64,000 bases of DNA from positions 17,777 to 81,776 of IMG/VR virus record IMGVR_UViG_3300033072_000232, one strand, 5' to 3'. Source of the stretch: a virus. Lineage: Duplodnaviria; Caudoviricetes. Within the stretch, counting starts at the first letter, position 1. Each line of letters opens with the position of its first letter. The notes below the pieces were generated by a model. The model saw only the letters and a program-made list of their open reading frames with translations. It was not told where the DNA came from and searched no databases. Positions 60,071 through 64,000 of the stretch are shown here, piece after piece. The position numbers and the translations under genes were made by a program.

Positions 60071-60649
60071 ATGTTTTTTACATCCGACCTTTAGCTCCAC
60101 CATTCACACAATAAAATCTGTGAATATACAGAACGTAATCGCTATACAACACCAGAACAACATACTGAATGGTTGGTTGATCTTTGGAATAAGCAAGTAA
60201 AGAAAGGTGATGTTGCTTACATACTTGGAGACCTTAGCTTCTCGCATAAATATGAAGAAGTAGCAGCGTTTCTACGAAGGCTTAACGGTCAGAAATTTGT
60301 ATTGAAGGGGAATCATGATCGTAGGGAGATTCTTGATAGCTTAAAACTATCTGGTATTATTCAGAACTGGTGGGATTACAAAGAAATCAAGCTAGGTACT
60401 GATAAGACTACTACGTGCTTATTTCACTTCCCAATTGCATCTCACCATAGAAAAAGTTATGGGAGTTTCATGTTACATGGGCATGTTCATGGTACAATTC
60501 AATATCCAGGAAAATTACTCGATGTTGGACTAGACAACTCCTATAAAATCTTTGGTGAACACAAGCTATTCTCTGAACAAGATGTGCTAGAATACATGAA
60601 AACGAGGCAGGTGGCTGTGTTGGATCATCATAGTAAACGAGAGGAATAA
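60071..60649 (+). CDS. calcineurin-like metallophosphoesterase with in-frame TAG at codon 8
   Basis: AAGGAG SD, MFFTSDL*LHHSHNKI, then GDLSF, GNHD, HFP, HGHVH motifs in the same frame. Confidence 0.75.
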
Positions 60650-60650
60650 T

Positions 60651-60875
60651 ATGAAAATCTTTGTTGTAGTTGTAAACGAATGGGTAATCCACGAATACGA
60701 TGATTATGAAAACGTATGGGTAATCCACGAATACGATGAGTATGAAAACGTATCATTTTACCTTGATGAGCAAAAGGCTAATGCTGAACGAGACAGACTG
60801 AATAATTAATATGGAAGGAGTGATAGGTACTCAGGTACTTGTTATTATGTTATTGGTTATGATGTAGTTGTTTAA
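60651..60875 (+). pseudogene. disrupted paralog of 56394-56582 with 36-bp tandem duplication and premature TAA
   Basis: Duplication 60681-60716/60717-60752; TAA at 60807; similarity continues to YSG..Y. Confidence 0.7.
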
Positions 60876-61069
60876 GGATTAAAGCATGACTGAACAAATG
60901 AAAACAAACAAAGAATTGATTCAAGAAATCAAATCACTAATCACTGAGATTGAAAATATCTTAACTGAATTTCATCCTAGTTCTACAAAACGTCTAGGAT
61001 TAGTAAACCTGTTACATAGACTAGATGATGAACTAAAGTTTCTTGAATATATTGAAAGTAAAAGAACCG

Positions 61070-61501
61070 ATGGTTAAATACTTACCTAAACAAAAACAAA
61101 TAAACTTTCCAAAGGTTACCCCTGATGAACTAGCAGCTAAGATGCATAGTAAACTCAACGGGGATTATGCTTTGTATGAGTTGAGAGATATGCTCGATGT
61201 ACTTGGGGAATCAATCAAAGAGCTACTGCTAGATGGTAAGACAGTACCTATCAAGAAACTAGGTACGTTTACTTTACATTATAATAAAGCTAGGGAATAC
61301 GCTGATGTAACTAAACAAGCTTGGTATCAGTCGTATGGCACGATCAGCCCTAAATTCCGTTATACTGTTGATACTAGGAAGGAAATCTCTAAGGTAATCA
61401 AGAAGCTACTGATTGAAACAATGCAACAACCTGCTGATGTGTATCTGCGCGATTTTACTAAAGATGATTTGCTATATAAGGAGAAAGAAACGTATGATTG
61501 A
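61070..61501 (+). CDS. HU/IHF-like DNA-binding protein
   Basis: LLDGKTVPIKKLGTFTL..PKF pattern. Confidence 0.65.
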   Translation: MVKYLPKQKQINFPKVTPDELAAKMHSKLNGDYALYELRDMLDVLGESIKELLLDGKTVPIKKLGTFTLHYNKAREYADVTKQAWYQSYGTISPKFRYTVDTRKEISKVIKKLLIETMQQPADVYLRDFTKDDLLYKEKETYD

Positions 61502-62875
61502 ACAAACACCAGATCGTGAACCTTGGCGTACAGATATTGATTTCAAATTCAAGCTACTGAACCTCAACGAGATCATAGATGATCCAACAATTCACATTTC
61601 AGTAAGGCAGCTAGCTGCACAGCTTGTATCAGATTACAATGAAGGTATCTTCTATCGTAGTACAGGAAGTTTCTTCTACGGGTTGTCCAATTACCTGCTT
61701 GCTGATTTGTTTACGCTACAATCCGGGTTCGATGAAGAGTATCTTGAGTGGATTTCAAATCCTACTGATAAAACCTCGTATAATCTACGAAATCTAACAA
61801 CATTAGCATTACTTCTTGCTCGCGCTGAAGGTCAAACTGAGATTACTGCCGAAGTACTACAACTTACATTGCCTTGGTTGTGTAGTCTGATTCGTTATGT
61901 AAGCAAGAAACGTAAAGAAGGTAAAGAAATGAATTATAAAGAGATTGGTATTATGCATTATCTAGACGAAGTTTATTCTGTAAAGAAAGGTTAACATGAC
62001 TGAACAAGAATTCTTTGAAGCATTCACTAAAATTGTAGGTTTTAATGTAGAACATTCTTTTGATGAATGCTTGCGAGTATTTGAAGCAAGAGAAAAGATT
62101 CGTAAAAAAATCTGTGCTCAACAGCAAAACAATTGGAAAGAAACTCATGATCATGCTTATAAATTAGCTATTCTAAATTTTGAAAGGCATAAGCAAGGTA
62201 CATACCTTACTTACGATCAGGTGAGAACAATGACAATTGCTGAACTAGCTGAATTTGCTAAAGGAGATGATTAATATGAAAGTATATACAGAAGATTTGA
62301 TGGCAACAGCAGAGAAACTTATTGAGGATTACTGCAACAAACATGGAAAGAAACCTTCTCATATTGAACTCACACAATCTGAATTTGAGATAATGAAGCA
62401 ACAACTAAAAACAAAGTATCCTTACATGTATTCTGCTTACAATGTGAGTGAAATGAGTCATGGTGATATGACTTTAGCTGGTTGTATTATTGTAGTTAAG
62501 TAAGGAATCTGATTATGCAAGACTTAGTAGCATTACGAGCTTCTGTTGAAGCAAGTAAGAAACGTGGTATAGTTCATGGTATGTACATGATTGATTGCAA
62601 TCAAATGATCTGGTTGATTGATCGTTTGGAAGCAGCGGAGAAAGAAGTAGGACAGCTTGAAGAAGAGGTGCAACAACATCTATTAAATTATGAATAAACC
62701 AAAGAAAACACTTAAACAAAATAAATCTGTAGTAAAACGCTCTGATATTCAACAGCAAGACTACCTGTGGTACACTACACCTGCTGATGAACGAGAAGTA
62801 AGTGAGAGCTTACAAGCAATCGTAGAAAATCAAAGATATTCTAAAGAAGATTCTTGGGATATTACATCATTCTGA
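61494..62875 (+). CDS. cluster of five hypothetical proteins
   Basis: 61494-61994, 61996-62274, 62255-62503, 62515-62697, 62690-62875. Confidence 0.5.
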
Positions 62876-63083
62876 AGATGAGCGTATAATCTAAAAATCT
62901 TAATCACATTTCATTCTAAATTCAAGAATCACGAACTTACTCATGCAAAACTCATTGATTAAAATCCATCGTACTAATAGCAAGCAATACAATCCTTCTG
63001 CTGAACAAGATAAGAAGAAAGATAAACTAAGGGATAAACAGCGCAAAGAACGCAGGGAACAGAAACGAAACGTAGAGTGAAGC

Positions 63084-63617
63084 GTGAAATATCTTAAAGT
63101 GATTTCAATCCGAATCTTGGTTTTTATTATATTAATTATCCTTATTCCTACGTTAAGTAATAAATCACAACATACATCACTCGAAGATCACCAGCATCTG
63201 GCTCAAGAACTTCATTGTATGCAAGTGCTGATTAAACACGAGGCCTACAACCAAAGCAAGGAAGGTATGCAAGCAGTAGCTCAGGTAGTTATCAATCGGA
63301 AAAACCATAAGAACTATCCAAGTACTGTTTGTGATGTAGCTAAGCAACCTAAGCAATTTAGTGATATACTAAGTACGTTTCGTAAGGAAGCTAAAGGTCT
63401 TAAAACAGCCTACAGCAAGCTAGAACAACATCAATCTATGTTGGTATCAACTGTAGCATATAAAGCTGTTGTAGGTGATTCTGATGTGTTTCAGACGTAT
63501 CCTGATGATCTACTTTGGTATCATACGAAAGAAATCAATCCTAGTTGGTCTAAGAAGGTAAAATATATGAAGAAGTATGGTACTATTGGTAGTCATGTTT
63601 TCTATGTAAAGGTATAA
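63084..63617 (+). CDS. SleB-like cell wall hydrolase
   Basis: HEA....G..AVAQVVINR..YP.TVC.V..Q..QFS; WYH..W..IG.HVFY. Confidence 0.85.
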   Translation: MKYLKVISIRILVFIILIILIPTLSNKSQHTSLEDHQHLAQELHCMQVLIKHEAYNQSKEGMQAVAQVVINRKNHKNYPSTVCDVAKQPKQFSDILSTFRKEAKGLKTAYSKLEQHQSMLVSTVAYKAVVGDSDVFQTYPDDLLWYHTKEINPSWSKKVKYMKKYGTIGSHVFYVKV

Positions 63618-63618
63618 C

Positions 63619-63837
63619 ATGATCAAAGAAACAACAGGTACACCTAGTACTGTAGTAGAATTCAGCTTTGTAGCAAATGGTAAAGACTACTACGTTCCTT
63701 CGCTACAAGCATTGAGAGCTATCTGTAGCATCTTATGTGGTGGTTACTATGAACCTAAATCTGATCGTGATGCTCTACTGGGAGCTAAACTTTATGATCT
63801 TCTGATAGAATATGGTGAAGATGGAATTTCTGGATAA
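63619..63837 (+). CDS. hypothetical protein
   Basis: ORF following SleB gene. Confidence 0.5.
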   Translation: MIKETTGTPSTVVEFSFVANGKDYYVPSLQALRAICSILCGGYYEPKSDRDALLGAKLYDLLIEYGEDGISG

Positions 63838-63929
63838 TTTTATTCGATTCCCATCAGAATCCTGAAATTTGTGTTAGAATCCGTACGTTGCAACAAACAA
63901 CATGGCTTTGTCTTTACTAGGAGTAAATC

Positions 63930-64000
63930 ATGACATTGAACGAACTTATCCTTGCTTTGCAAAATATCCAGAAAGAAGTAGGTGATGTAATTGTACTGGA
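63930..64000 (+). CDS. partial hypothetical protein running off the window
   Basis: AGGAG SD then MTLNELILALQNIQ... Confidence 0.5.
   Translation, partial: MTLNELILALQNIQKEVGDVIVL

Noticed and set aside
59319-60094. Group I intron in the phosphoesterase (exon ending GAT, intron ending TAG would also restore SD-LHH)
   Set aside because: Only about 40 and 28 nt flank the HNH ORF and no R/S core elements were found, unlike the RNR intron; not fully excluded without RT-PCR
60681-60752. CRISPR-like 36-bp repeat
   Set aside because: Two adjacent copies with no spacer, inside a reading frame; no cas genes
1-64000. Lysogeny module or host chromosomal DNA
   Set aside because: No integrase, repressor, att-like site or housekeeping genes; organisation is that of a lytic phage throughout

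Overview
This is a 64-kb segment of an AT-rich, apparently strictly lytic siphovirus-type dsDNA phage. No integrase or repressor was seen. It has three arms. (1) 0.9-24.5 kb, + strand: head, neck, tail and lysis genes. (2) 24.6-53.2 kb, - strand: nucleotide metabolism and replication. This includes an intron-split class II RNR, ThyX, dUTPase, exonuclease, SSB, a tRNA plus a tRNA-like RNA, a family B DNA polymerase split by an HNH gene, a T7-type primase-helicase, a Nampt/Prs-like NAD pair, DenV and DNA ligase. (3) 54.2-64 kb, + strand: small early-type genes, deaminases, a kinase, a phosphoesterase, an HU-like protein and a SleB hydrolase. The most notable observations: (a) an ORF-free, highly structured ~500-nt RNA candidate between a late-type promoter and a terminator at the arm divergence (53.46-54.16 kb); (b) seven homing-endonuclease genes accommodated in different ways, including cassettes that bring a recoded replacement gene end and leave the original end orphaned; (c) a CTT-TAG-CTC insert in a phosphoesterase start, where a 6-nt ribosomal stop-hop would exactly restore the catalytic DLH motif; (d) an ATT start codon for denV; (e) repeated MKENHKGF mini-ORF couplers. 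All calls are from reading the sequence by eye; no searches or folding were run.
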